Assembly (NCBI RefSeq): GCF_018143015.1 | Contig: NC_054742.1 | Span: 58,220,853-58,284,852 of the forward strand | Source of the DNA: Lytechinus variegatus | Lineage: Eukaryota | DNA length: 64,000 bases | Direction of reading: 5' to 3' | Part shown: piece after piece, positions 47,917 to 60,503 of the stretch | Layout of the letters: every line of letters begins with the position of its first letter | Position numbering within the stretch: the first letter of the stretch is position 1 | Notes under the pieces: generated by a model | The model's input: the letters and a program-made list of their open reading frames with translations, nothing else | The model's database searches: none | Told to the model about the DNA's origin: nothing | Made by a program: the position numbers and the translations under genes

Positions 47917-48060
47917 ACACTTCTTTATCGAGAAACCTATTCACCAACCGAGGACCTGTCCCCAGAGGTGGCCAAATTGGTGGATGACGTCTGGAAGGAG
48001 GCTATGGGCAAGCTCAAGGAATATCTTGCAGTCCCCGTGGCGTCTATTCTTCCAGGGCAA
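47917..48060 (+). CDS. Exon of the uncharacterised gene. Peptide: TLLYRETYSPTEDLSPEVAKLVDDVWKEAMGKLKEYLAVPVASILPGQ
   Basis: Acceptor ttttgtacag, donor caa|gtacgt, phase 0 at both ends. Lies inside ORF track 47875..48105. A satellite array starts immediately downstream. Confidence 0.55.
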
Positions 48061-48099
48061 GTACGTATTAAGGCCACCGCACACGTTACAACATGTCTA

Positions 48100-49070
48100 C
48101 TATGACAAGCCAAGTGTCCGCCAGTATATTTCGTACAAATCAAGTCATTTCGTACACAAAATATGTTTTTATTCAGACGAAAATAATTTCGTCATGACGC
48201 TGTTTTACTTCGTATACGAAATTTATTTTTTGTCACATAAAATTAATTTCGTCTCGACGAAATGCACGAAATAAATTTTGTCTATACAAAATGTAATTAC
48301 GTCCACAAACTTTATTTGGCGTGCCATACGAAATGAATTTTGATCAAACGAAATGGCGCACTAAATGTCCGATGTTTAATTCCGTCCAGTTCACGCCATT
48401 CCGTACACAAAATGTGTTTTTGTTCATATGAAAATCATTTCGTCATGACGCTGTTTTATTTCGTATACGAAATTTATTTTTTGTCACATAAAATTAATTT
48501 CGTCCGACGAAATCAATTTTCGTTAAGACGAAATGTGATTGCTCCACAAAATTTATTTCGTATGTACAAAATAAATTTTGATCCAACGAAATGGCGCCCA
48601 AAGTGTCCAATGGAAAATTCTGTATGCACACTTTGTTTTTTCACTCAAACGAAAATCATTTCGTCATGATGCAGTGTGATTTCGTATACGAAATTTATTC
48701 TGTGTCACCCTTAATCAATTTCGTCCACAAAATTCATTTCGTCCCGATGCGAAATTTATTCTGTCGACGAAATGATTTTGTGTCAAAACACACACAAAAA
48801 AATTCGTCTCCCTGTCTATTCATTTCGTTCCGATGCGATATCTATTCGGTGGACAAAATGATTTTGTGTCAAAACACAAAAAAATTTCGTCTCCTCTGTC
48901 TATTTATTTCGTTCAGATGCGATATCCCGTCGACGAAATGATTTTGTGTCAAAACACAAAAAAAATTTCGTCTCTGTCTATTCATTTCGTTCCGTTGCGA
49001 AATCATTCCGTCGACGAAATGATTTTGTGTCAAAACACAAAAAAATTTTGTCTCCTCTGTCTGCTATGGG
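48100..49070 (+). repeat. Compound satellite: about 270 bp units (48100-48760), then about 65 bp units (48760-49070). Both are rich in the palindromic core GACGAAAT / ATTTCGTC.
   Basis: Direct repetition seen. ORFs 48340..49105 are spurious. Confidence 0.65.
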
Positions 49071-50395
49071 TCGCTGATTGCCAGCGCCTGCAGCTAGCTA
49101 GCTAGCTAGCTGTACTAAAGCTCCGGTACGGTCGGGCCGGTCACGTAGCTGTTGACGAGTTGGTGAACTTGTCTTAGCTTAGATTTCACGTTATTCATGC
49201 CTACATGAGCTGCATACAACTGCTCTAATCGCTAGGATGTGGATGGACATTGATTTAGTAAGTTCAGCTTTAAATTTTTCGACTCAAAAATTACGTTAAA
49301 AGAGGGAAATTCGCGAATTCGTTAATCGTTACCAAACTTGCATTTGCAAAAACAATGCTAGTCCGTGTATTCAAGTTTATGTACTGTTGTCAGTACAGCA
49401 TGGGGCCGGGGAGGGTGATTTGTCTTTTCTGCACATCTGAAATGGTAATGAATTATACAGGCTGAAGATATTCCGGCCTAGATCTTAATATATAATGTAA
49501 AAACGGCATTATCGTGATATTGGGAACTACCGTTCACTTAATACAGCAGCGCTTTATTTCCACCTCCATTCTCTTCGTACACAAGTGCGCATACACAAAT
49601 CAACGAGTGGTTCCCAAAACCACGATTTGGCCGTAAAAACCATACTCAGAGCAAAAAAAATGCTGAAAATTTCATCAAAAGTGGATGACAAATAAAGTTA
49701 TTGAAATTATTGTACAGCTTGGCCCGCAGCCTGCAGTAGACGGGAATAACCGTTGTTTCTGGGGTCAGTGGGATTTATTCAACAATTTCTGACATTTTAC
49801 TATCATGGTGGAGCCAACGTAGTTCAGCGCAACAACCAAAATACAGAGACTGAACTGAAGCTTTTGGTCTAGGCCCGTGGTAGAAAGCTGCCAGCCGTGT
49901 GTTTTGAGGAGTTTTTCAGCATGTTTTAATTTTTAAAAATTTCTCTTTCACAGACAGCTCGCTATCATGCAGCCACCATTGGGCATTAGGGGACTTACAA
50001 TCCCGGGGAGGCCACTTCCATTCACGAGTGGATACCATGCGTGACCATGGGGTCTCGAAAAGCACCCTAAACACATAATTTCCATATTCTGAAAATGCAC
50101 CCTTAACCACTCATGGTTTCAAATCGTCTCGTGTGTGAAGGATTCATATGCACCTGGTGCACGCGAATCTTTCACACCCTTTTTACTAAAATAACTATGA
50201 CTTTACATCGTAGCTAAGCATTATATTTATTCTATGACACTTACCGAACCATATGGATCGTTTGTTGAATTCTGTTTGGTGTTGTTTTGAATAAAATAAG
50301 AGCATTTTTCGTGATCTTCACGTAGATGCCTCTTGATCAGCGTTGATATCAACTTTTGCCTAAAGAGGGCGCGCGATATTATTTCAAAGTCGGTA

Positions 50396-50617
50396 GGCAC
50401 TTAAGAACCAAGTTTGAAAGGATACTCGTAAAATTATGTCACTCTCGCCGATGAATATTCATTAGATCGTGGTCGTGCGTGTTCAATACACACTGAGTGC
50501 ATGCATGCAGAGAGTTTTTATTGAACACGCACGACCATGATCTAATGATTATTCATCGCGAGAGTGACGTAATTTTACGAGTGTCCTTTCAAACTTGGTT
50601 CTTAAGTGCCTACCGTA
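50396..50617. repeat. About 220 bp near-perfect palindrome with arms of about 100 bp.
   Basis: ggcacttaagaaccaagtttgaaaggatactcgtaaaattatgtcactctcgccgatgaatattcattagatcgtggtcgtgcgtgttcaata | (centre) | reverse complement. Confidence 0.7.
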
Positions 50618-52042
50618 CCTTTGTTTACGGTGTTGCAAGCTAGCTGCATTCTAGGCGATCAGCATTATTTTCTTGCTCGTTCAATCCACTTTCATCATCA
50701 TCTTGTCAAAAGATGGCGTACTTTACCAATAAGTATATACATGAGATGCAACCTGTTGATTTTTGGTACAATTTCCTATTATGCGCTGACGACTTGAATT
50801 GAGAATGTTCGATACGAAAAATTGCTTTTCGATTGTTGTTTGCGTACTTTCCACCGCAGTATTAAGGACGGATCGAACGGAGTGTCCTGGTTGAGACTTG
50901 GAGGTAAGCGATAAAAACACTTTTATAAATAATTTCCAATTCATTAAAAAAAAAGTTAAATCATAAAAACAAATTTCCATTAGTGGAGAAATACTCAAAT
51001 GTTTGGCGTTTTTTATTCCCTCACATTCGTGTGATGAATGAAAACGTCAAAGTCCACTATGAAACCACATGCGTTGTGCGAGGTTAGTATTACTAACCTC
51101 GCATGTTGTGTGAGTGCACCTTAACAAGTAATTACTATTGGCATGTGAAACCCTACCCTTAGCAAGTATTGGAAACATGCAAAACGATACTCTTGGCAAA
51201 TGGTCCCTGAAATGAACCCCTAAAGTCTAAACAAGTACACAAATGTTTTATTGTTACGGGTCCTTCGGTCATCGGCTTTACCTTATTTGGTTTAATACGA
51301 CCCCACCTACACCTCGCGCAAAAATCGTACTTTAAACACAAAGTGTTGGGGCAAAAGGACATCCTTTAGTTTATAAAACATTTTAATTTTGTTTTATCAG
51401 AATTCGACCCTAAACACGTAATTTTCCTCGCGAAATAGATACCCTTTTTTCATTATTTTTGTGTTTTTGACACCCTTATCACGTTATGTACGTAATGTGC
51501 ACTGTCGTGAAAAAGACATCCTTTTTACGTGTTTTTTGGTCGCGCATGGTATCCACTCGTCAATGTAACTGGCCCCCGGGCTTACAATGCAAAATCCCCC
51601 GGCCACTCACGGGGCACATCGATTTTTTGGCTTTATTTTATGAAAATACTGAAAAGAATTGAACCAAAATGGAGATTATTATTCCCTTTTGGCCTGAAAT
51701 GCACCAAAATGGGAAAAAGAAACTTGAAAGGGGAAAACATGTTGGCTGTCAAGCAACTTCACTCCGTTTTTTTCCGAACTTACGTACATAAACATATGGC
51801 GATTGAGTCCCCTGTACAGATCACGCTAGAACTCGGTCTCTGTATTTGGTGAGTGGAGCCAACGTACATCATCAGAACAACCAACATAAAAGAGACCAAA
51901 GCTTTTGGTGTAGGCCCGCGGCTGCCAAGCTAGGGCAAGGCTTGGCTGTAGGCGTTGACTCTACTAGTCTAGAGTCCCCTCACTACTCACCACAGCACTT
52001 TCTGGTGAGTAGCCATGTACAAAAGTATTTTTTTTTATTCTT

Positions 52043-52632
52043 AAAGGTCAAGTCAATCCCAGAGAATGAAGATTTGAATGAATAGAGAAAAATCAAACTA
52101 TTTAGCATAATGCTGAAAATTTCATCGAAATCAGATGTAAAATAAGAAAGTTATGAAATTTTAAAGATTTGCTTCCTTTTCACAAAACGGTGATATGCAC
52201 AACTCAGTGACAAGCAAATGAGACAGTCGATGGCGTCACTCACTATTTCTTTTGTTTTTTTATAGTTTGAATTACACATTTTTTACAGATTTGACCATAA
52301 AGACCAGCTTGACTGAATAATATTAAACAATGCTAATTCAACACGTTCAGGGTGGAATTAGTCTTTATTTTACTTGACAAAGGGGAGAAAATTGGAATAT
52401 TTCATGTTTCACGTGATCAAAATAGTGAGTGGTTGACGTCATCAGTCTCCTCATTTGCATACCGACCAGGATGTGCATATAACTATTTTGTGATAAGCAA
52501 AATTTTAAAATGTCATAACTTTCTTATATTACATCCGATTTTGATGAAATTTTGACTATTATGTTTTTTGGATTTTTCTCTTTTTATTCAAATCAACTGT
52601 TTGTTGGGGTGGACTTGGGTGGACTTTTCCTT
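52043..52632. mobile_element. Foldback MITE copy 3. More diverged, TA TSD.
   Basis: Same terminal structure (AAGGtCAAGTC ... CCTT). The internal arms align to copies 1 and 2. Confidence 0.65.
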
Positions 52633-53576
52633 TAAATCAAAATCACACACAAAAAAAATTGATTACTTTGGCCTGGAAAGTGACTTAGCGGGTCTCTTTC
52701 TACAGAAATAAAATGAAGCCTGATGGTGGCGCTAATAAATTTTGCAGCCTTGATTCAGGCTCGCTTCAAATTCAGCTCCTCTGTAATTATGCCCCCACAG
52801 ACAAAGTCCGGAGGGGGCATTAAGCGTTACCCCATAAGCGTTGCCCCTGTCCGTCAATTCGTTCACCCCCCCTCCCACTTGTTTTCCGTGCAATAAATCG
52901 AAATATTCTTGGATTTAAAAAATTTTTGGTGTGTAGGTAGATGACAGTATGACACCATAAATAATACAGGCTGAGTTTGAAATTGGAATCTGCAGGTCCA
53001 AGGTCACAGCTCATGAAATATGTGAGTTGGTTTACGCATGATGAAATATTCATCAGATTTGTAAAAAAATGAGGGAGTGTAGGTAGATGAACCAAAATAC
53101 AGGCTACACAAGTTTTTTAGGCTACTACAAGTACAGGCTACTACAAGTTTGAATTCAGAGTCTGCAGGTAACAGATCAGAGCTCATTAAATATGCGAGTT
53201 GGTTTCCTCATGATAACTTATGAAATATTCAACAAATTAAAAAAAAAGGCAAATCTGTAGGTCAAAGGTCTAAATTTGTTCATTTTATACATATTGATTT
53301 CTGCATGATATTAAATTCAATCATATTGAATGAATTTCTGATCGCTTTAAGCAGGGGCATCATTTCAAATTTCTAGTGTTATAACTGTATCTAAATTCTT
53401 TTAATGCGCAATTCTTATAATTACTAGATTAATATGGGCACCAATGAATGAAATACTGGTACCTTCAAAAACATAATTTAAGATTATTATTGGCGGTGAT
53501 ATTGAAAACACTTTTTTTTCAAATAGTTTAAAATGATGAACACCTGGAATTAAAAAAATAGAATAAAATCTACTTA

Positions 53577-54497
53577 TGGCGCTGTCACACCTTGGCGTTT
53601 TAGACGCGTATGCCTGACGTATCAAAATTTCTCTAAAACGTCGGCATACGCTGAACTTTGATTGTTTTTTTTTCAACTCTGGGCGTATACATGTACTTAG
53701 CGTATTCATAACGAGTTGGATGAATACATAACGTATTAGTAACTTATATCGAACGCTTCGTTAACTTATAGTAACGTATTCCAATGAATGCTTAGGGTAT
53801 TGCTGGCGTACACAACTTATGCCCTATGATAGCCTAACTTACGCATAGCGCGCGGCAGCGTATCGCTGACGAACACGTGTCGTAGCCTATAAAAAGGCTG
53901 CCATACACGTTCAACTATTCAAATCACAACCGCACGATACATCACCGTATCAACACCACCGCCATGCCGAAGAAAACTCCTGTGAACCCCACCTTTATAT
54001 ACCAATTCCTATAAACGTCAATACGCCATTATACAGTAGCTGTAAGTTATAAACACGTTCAGTAAGTTTTGTGGTCGTCCGGAGCACGTCTTCATACGTC
54101 AATATACGTTGGAGTTAAGTTACACATACATTCAAAGCACGTTACTCATAGGTTAGAAGTAAGTTTTAGGGTACGCTGGACATTATCTCGACGTACATCG
54201 ACTTATGATTAACTTACGAGTAACGTGTGTCAACGTGTATCAACGATAGCGTAAATTGCCTACAACTTATGGCCCGCGTATGCGGGACGTATGAGCCATA
54301 CGCTGGCATGCGTCGAAAAATTTTGTGCTTGCACAAAATTTTTCGACGACCTCGCCGTATGACGACGTATACCAGCGTGTTTTAGCGTACTCTTGACGTA
54401 TGCAAAACTTACCCGTAATGTATTCGAAGTACGCCAGCGTATTCGCCAAATTCCTCATACGTTGGGCATACGCTGTCTAAAACGCCAAGGTGTGACA
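53577..54497. mobile_element. About 920 bp non-autonomous DNA transposon with about 45-bp TIRs (ATGGCGCTGTCACACCTTGGCGTTTTAGACnCGTATGCC). The interior is CpG/ACGT-rich.
   Basis: Terminal inverted repeats at 53577-53625 and 54450-54497 seen directly. An internal 36-bp perfect palindrome (gtcgaaaaattttgtgcttgcacaaaatttttcgac) sits near 54312-54347. Confidence 0.55.
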
Positions 54498-55679
54498 GCG
54501 CCATTACCTTGAACAAAACCAGCAGTACAAGCTTTGTTCGTTATGTCAATAATACAGTCTTCTAAAGTCTATACAATGAAAAGATTGGACACTCTAAGGA
54601 CTTCGCTTAATACTATGCGTCGATTTGCTTTAAAATAGTCAAGGTTCCTATTCTTTGCCGTGTGTCTTTGATATGAATATAAATCACATGCCTTCTTTAG
54701 GGCACAAATTGATTATGCGGTTCTACAGGCAGCGACGTGAAGAGAAGGAAAAGATGAGGAACAGAGTGCTCAAATGGTCACCAAAGGGACTTTATTCGTG
54801 CAATTGCATGGTAGTGTTTCATCTGGATACAGGAATCTCCAAAGAAGTGGAAAGATTAGCTCATAAAGAGATTTTCATGTGTCGTGCTTTGATTTTCCTG
54901 TGAACGGAGGCATGCAGTGAACCCTCGAGTGGCCTAGTCCTCAGTCTATGCCATAAACATGAATATTCACTAGGTGGGCTGATGTCACGTTCCCACTTTC
55001 CTAATGTTATTACACGAAATCATAATTGCTTCATTTTTCATGCTCATGTGTAAATGATTTGTCTCCATTATAATTAAATAAGTTACAGTAATAACTAATT
55101 AAATGCACTAAATCAGTTGTCAATTCAATTATGACCTGTAATTTCTTTTTTAATAAACCTAATTTCATATAAAATACATAAGAACAAGTGGGGGTATGAT
55201 ATCAGTTTGCTCACTGAATATTCATGAAGACATGCTTACATCTGTTTCATTGGAATAATGCAAATATTAAAATTCAATATCCGATTTTGATCAAATTTCT
55301 AGCATTAATTGCTTTGTGAATTTTACTCTATTTTGGAGATGAGGTCAATGATGAGTATCTTCAGCCTGGAGCATCCCTTTATCATGTTGGTAGTGGAACA
55401 CCTAAGTACCTTCTAGGCAGGGCCAGAGGCAAGACTTCGAGATTCTTTCTAGAATTTATTTACATCCTGGATAGAAATACATTAGGCTTTTCTAGTAATG
55501 ATTTGGGGATGAAGGAATGGAGATGTGGCTGAGAATTCGAGTGTGGCAAAATGATTCTGTTTGGTTTGGCTTGTTGCAATTTCTGCAGGAATTATAATCA
55601 TGGATCGTCAGGTCAACATAATGAAACACTAGGAGGTGATCAAATGAATTGATTTTTGTATATAGAAATACTGTTTTTA

Positions 55680-55890
55680 CAAGACAAAGTGAACAACGAA
55701 CCTCATTTTGTTTTCGGAAAAACGAACCTTATTTCGTTTTCGGATTAACGAACCTTTGGAACAATGAACCTCATATCGTTTTTGGATTGTCGAACCTTCG
55801 GAACAATGAACCTTATTTCGCTTTCGGATTAACGAACCTTCGGAATATCCAAACCTTCGGAAAAACGAAGCTTCGGAATTACGAATGTAT
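55680..55890 (+). repeat. Minisatellite with about 50 bp unit (..AACGAACCTTCGGAA..), about 4 units.
   Basis: Seen directly. Confidence 0.6.
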
Positions 55891-58689
55891 ATGAAATTAA
55901 TAACAAGTTTTGATAATAATACATCACAAAACCATTCATTTTGAATTGGTAGAATAATTGAATGATTATTCAGAAAAGTGGCACCTATATTATAGTTTCA
56001 CTCTGCTATGCAGGTGAGACAAAAAAAGGAGAGAAGGGAAACAAAAAATTTGTGCATTTTCATTTATTTACAGTCAGACTGCAGGTCCCAAGAAAGTGGC
56101 TTCTTTCATCCAAGTGATATTCATGACTTGAGTTGTTTTGCATATTTAATGAGCTTGATGCAGACCAAAACACCTCTTTTCATTTGGTCATTGCTGCTCT
56201 AATTGTGCATCGAATTTCATGAATTTGGTACCATTGTAAAGAAGAAGAATAATTCTTTCAGGTCATGTGTTTGGATTAGTCAAAGATTTTGTAATATAGG
56301 TTAAAATTTTGATCTAAAATATCCTACAAAGTAAATATTTTCACCTGACAAAAGCTGCTATTTTCACACTTTATTTATGTTTGAGCCCAAATGATTTTTA
56401 TATCATGATAAAGCTGAATATGTATGCTTTGAAATGATATAGGTTTCAAAATAAGAATTGGTTTAATCGGGTCAAGATCAAGTACATAAAGCAGTTTGAA
56501 AACAAGAATACTGCACTCTGATTGGTCAAAGAGACCACCCAGTGGCAAATTCCAACGGTTCCAGTGCCTGGGTTCGTGGGAAGGTCACACTTCCCATGTG
56601 GTAATCTCAAATACCCCGCGCCTGTTGTTCTGTGAACCTTATCCAGCCAATCAGGACTCTGGATTTCATGCAAGTACAAAATTTCAGAAATCTTGTCTTG
56701 TACCTTGGTGGGAAAAGTGTGAACTTGACCCGATTAAAAGGTGCCGCACATCAAGAATGGCATTGTGAGAAAGTACAAAAGTTCAGCTTTATGGTGATAT
56801 AGATATCATTGAGGCTCAACATAAAAAGTTTTGCACAATTTGCAAAAGAAAACAGAGGAAGAAAATTCAGTTTTGAGGCACACTTTCAGGCCAGAAATTT
56901 ACTTATTTAACAAAATATTGTATACAAAATAAATGACCAATATGAAAGAGTAACTCTTACTCTATCTGATGGTGCAATAATATTTCATTTAACTTGAGGT
57001 TAAAACAGGTAAATTCTTAGAAAAAGAAAATCTCACGAATCATGAGATTTTGCAAGGAGGAGGATTCAGCCACGAGATGATTTGGATGAATCTGGCCTTT
57101 TTTGCTCATTAGCATAGGGACCTGCGGTCTGACTGTTTAGGCTTATTCATTTTCAATAGTCACAGCAGTTCACAGGTGCTGCCATATATGGTAACTATTA
57201 TATCAGTGCTAGCCAGCAGCTTGCGAAGGAAAGTCAGTTTCAAAGTAATTGCTTCAGTGGTGTACAGATGAAGGGGGGGGGCTTCGGGTGCTTGCTCCCC
57301 CCCTGCCTCCTACAAAAAATCATGACCAAGAAAGGGGAAGAGAATATGGTGAAATAAATTATTCAGAATATTGTGCTTTAATTGGATTTTTATAAATAAA
57401 ACAAATTCTAAATTTTTGCTCGCTCACAAATAAAAAAAATTGCCCAATATGCCATTATCTAGCCACTTCAAAATCTTTGGCTCACTCTGCCAATGATTTG
57501 TTTCATCACACTTCTAGGCAAATGCTTTTATATAGAATACACTATTTCTCATGATTCCATTGTTTATATAATATGGCTTTGTGGAATTGTTTGGGGTCTA
57601 GAATTACTTCATTAATATGCAATTTTATTAAAATCACAAAAACTGCAAGTTCTTTTTTTCTCCTAATAATCAGAGGCGAAATGAGCCAAAAATTTTGAGG
57701 GGTTCAGATATGTCGTATCGGGCAAAATTCAATAAAAGTTGTGAGCGAGGAAGATTTTTCATTTTAAAAAAAATCAAATTTTGTAGCTTGACATGAAAAT
57801 ATACAAAAAATGTTATATTTCATTTTTCTCTCTTTTCTTTTCTTTCCTTTTTTAGTCTTTTTTTTGAGGGGGGGGGGACCATCCCAAGCTCCCCCCATCT
57901 GTTTACCTCTGTCTATATCACTGTTATATTGTTGTCATTATTTGATGACTAATTTCATAGAAACGACTGATTCAGAAAAATATTAAATACAGCCTTTCGT
58001 GAAAAGCTGTCCCGGTTGTCTCAAAAATGTGCGTTTATTTGTCTGCCCTCCATCAACCCACCCTATTTCAAGAAAAGCTCCCAGCTTTCTCGAAATGGTG
58101 CGGCCATCCCAGCTCTGCGAAGACAGACGATGGTAACAAGCCAACAGTTTATGATACAGTATATTTTGATGGTATCATAAAAACCTATATAATTATCATT
58201 ATTTTATGAAGAAAGCCTGTATGGTTTATTTACGTTAACTATTAAAATTCTCTATCTGGGGGTACCCATCTCAACGTCCGTATGACATTTTTTTTAGTCA
58301 CGAAATGAATTAGTGATAATTTCATTTTCTCAGTAATTTAATGCCCAAGTCTACATGGTGTTACCATGTTTGATGCATATTTTGCCTCTGTTATTATCTT
58401 GATTGGATTTATTTCCAGATTCTTCACAATAAATGCAAGTTTTATCATAATTTTAGTTCTGAAAATTGACTAAGGCAGTAAGGCTTCATCTCTTATGTAT
58501 TTTCTACCGATAGTATCGATATAACGATATCAATGGATTCTGGTTAAAAATCCTTTTGGGTTAAGATTGGAACTAACTCTGTAGATAAAGATATAGACTA
58601 ACTTGTCCAGGTGTTGAGAAACGGGCCCCTGCTAAGTAAGCCTAGAGTTTTCTTAATTATGTGTAATTGATTTCATGGCATTTGTTTAC

Positions 58690-58896
58690 ATTTGCTGCAG
58701 ATTCCCATTCAGCAATTGGACTGAACCTGTACTGTAACACAGTATGGATGAGCTTCATTGAATTCCTCCAAGAGCTCTGTACTCTGTTCTGATCATTTTG
58801 AAGATGCTTGCTTGACAGAACTGGGCAAACGATTCGTCTTAGACAGGATGCTGTCCCAACCATATTTGATATCCCCCCTCGTCTTCAGAAGGTACA
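58690..58896 (+). pseudogene. Decayed THAP-type zinc-finger domain. The peptide reads ..ICCRFPFSNWTEPVL* then, after a frameshift, ..NSSKSSVLCSDHFEDACLTELGKRFVLDRMLSQPYLISPLVF.
   Basis: The C-x2-H half (LCSDHF) and an AVPTIF-like tail (ISPLVF) are recognisable. The upstream FHRFP...W-like half is in another frame with a stop between. No intact C-x2-4-C part was found. Confidence 0.35.
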
Positions 58897-59823
58897 GTAG
58901 ATCAATATCATACATGTGTTCTAAAGAAACATATTTTCTGTACTATCATCTACCTTTGGTTTGACAGGACAATGTTTTAAACATTCCATTTTCAGTAGCC
59001 AAAGAGAGATAAAGAATTATATATTCGGGAGGGTAACCATAGACCTGGGCCTATATTGTGTATTTAAAGTAAACGCTTACTCAATAATCAAACAAATTAA
59101 AAAATTGGTTTAGCCCTACATAATTAGCCTGGGCTACTTTGAAATTGCATGGCGAAGGATGCATCGCTGATTTTTCAGACTCTATTGAAATTTATTTTAA
59201 ATAAATTAATTTATGCATAGAGAATTCTCTGCTGTACAGGTAAGTCTCCAAATAATTCCCAAAGGTCTATAGTTTCTATCAAATGTGCACCTAAAAAATG
59301 GTAAATCAAATTTCTATTATGTATTTTATTGTTTCTATAATTTCTTTGTTTCAGGGCCTTAAGTGTTTTGTTTTTTCTGAAGGGATTTCCATTGGATTAA
59401 ATTTATATACAAAATAACGTTTTTGAGCATTATTTGGTCCAACATGAACTCATAAATGTTGCGTATCTGGGTGTTGCGAATTTGGTCCCAAAAGTTCTGC
59501 GAGACTTGAACCAAAAAACATCATGAGGACTTGTTTCTCAGTGTGGACTTATTGCAAAAAACTGTGGAGGGGGCGTATTAAGCCCTCCCCCCTTTGGGGC
59601 CAGATAGGGTTAATATATCATCATAAATATTAAAAAAACATGTTTTTCTTGCTGCAAGTCGGAGGAAAAGTATTGATTTCTAAATAAATATTATTCTTCA
59701 TGTACTATTGAATATTAATTTGACAAATTCAAAGTTATCTTTCAATTCTTGTATCTCTGTTTGTTCAATATTTCTTTTTTTCTGAAATGTTTCTTTTTTA
59801 AAATTCACTCTTCTACAGAATTC

Positions 59824-60053
59824 ACACAAGCCAGGGAAACCCCCGGAAGAAAGACGTTTCGATTCAGCGAACAACCTCCCAGATACTGCAAAGACACCTG
59901 TACCAAAGTCCTCAGCACTTTCATTTCTCAAGGACCACTACTACTCAATACCAGAAAGTCCAGGAGGGGTAAAGTGGAAGTTAACAACAATAATGGACTT
60001 TATTAAAAACTTGGAGAAGAGGCTGGAGACCACACAGAAGTGTAGATTACATG
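59824..60053 (+). other. Possible coding segment after the THAP remnant. Peptide ..SFLKDHYYSIPESPGGVKWKLTTIMDFIKNLEKRLETTQKCRLHVLAVKFGQT*. It has a D-H-x-Y motif, which in THAP proteins is the HCFC1-binding motif, followed by a heptad-like stretch.
   Basis: Acceptor ttctacag at 59816-59823. All three forward frames are open for about 200 nt, so the frame assignment is uncertain. There is no Met near the 5' end, so this is an internal or terminal exon, or a remnant. Confidence 0.25.
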
Positions 60054-60503
60054 TACTTGCTGTTAAGTTTGGACAAACCTGACTTGCACAACTTTACAAC
60101 AAATAATTTACGCTATGTGCATTCTGATTATTTAACATAGCTCAATGAAATAGTTTATCACTGGGCATGTAACAAAAGTGAATTCATTAAATTTGAACGT
60201 GTTGCAAAAATGATGTCTTACAGTAAATTCATTCTGGCTTAGAATGTCGGAAGAGAAAAAAGTTTGTGAAAAGAAGGAATGACGGCAAGCTGACTGCAAG
60301 CAAAACACTGAAAATTTGATTGCAAATTTGATGTAAAATGAGAAAGTTCTGATCCAATCCAATCCAAAAGTCATTTGATATAGCGCCTTTTCCTTTCGGT
60401 TACAAAGCGCTGCACACACACTACTCCATATTTGTTTTGGCCACTAAAACAACTGTTCTACACCTGAGAATGATCGGTCTAGTCCATGCAATTAATTGTC
60501 CAC

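Noticed and set aside
48340-49105. ORFs 47909..48274, 48340..48669, 48591..48941, 48833..49105
   Set aside because: They lie in the GACGAAAT-core satellite and repeat with its period.
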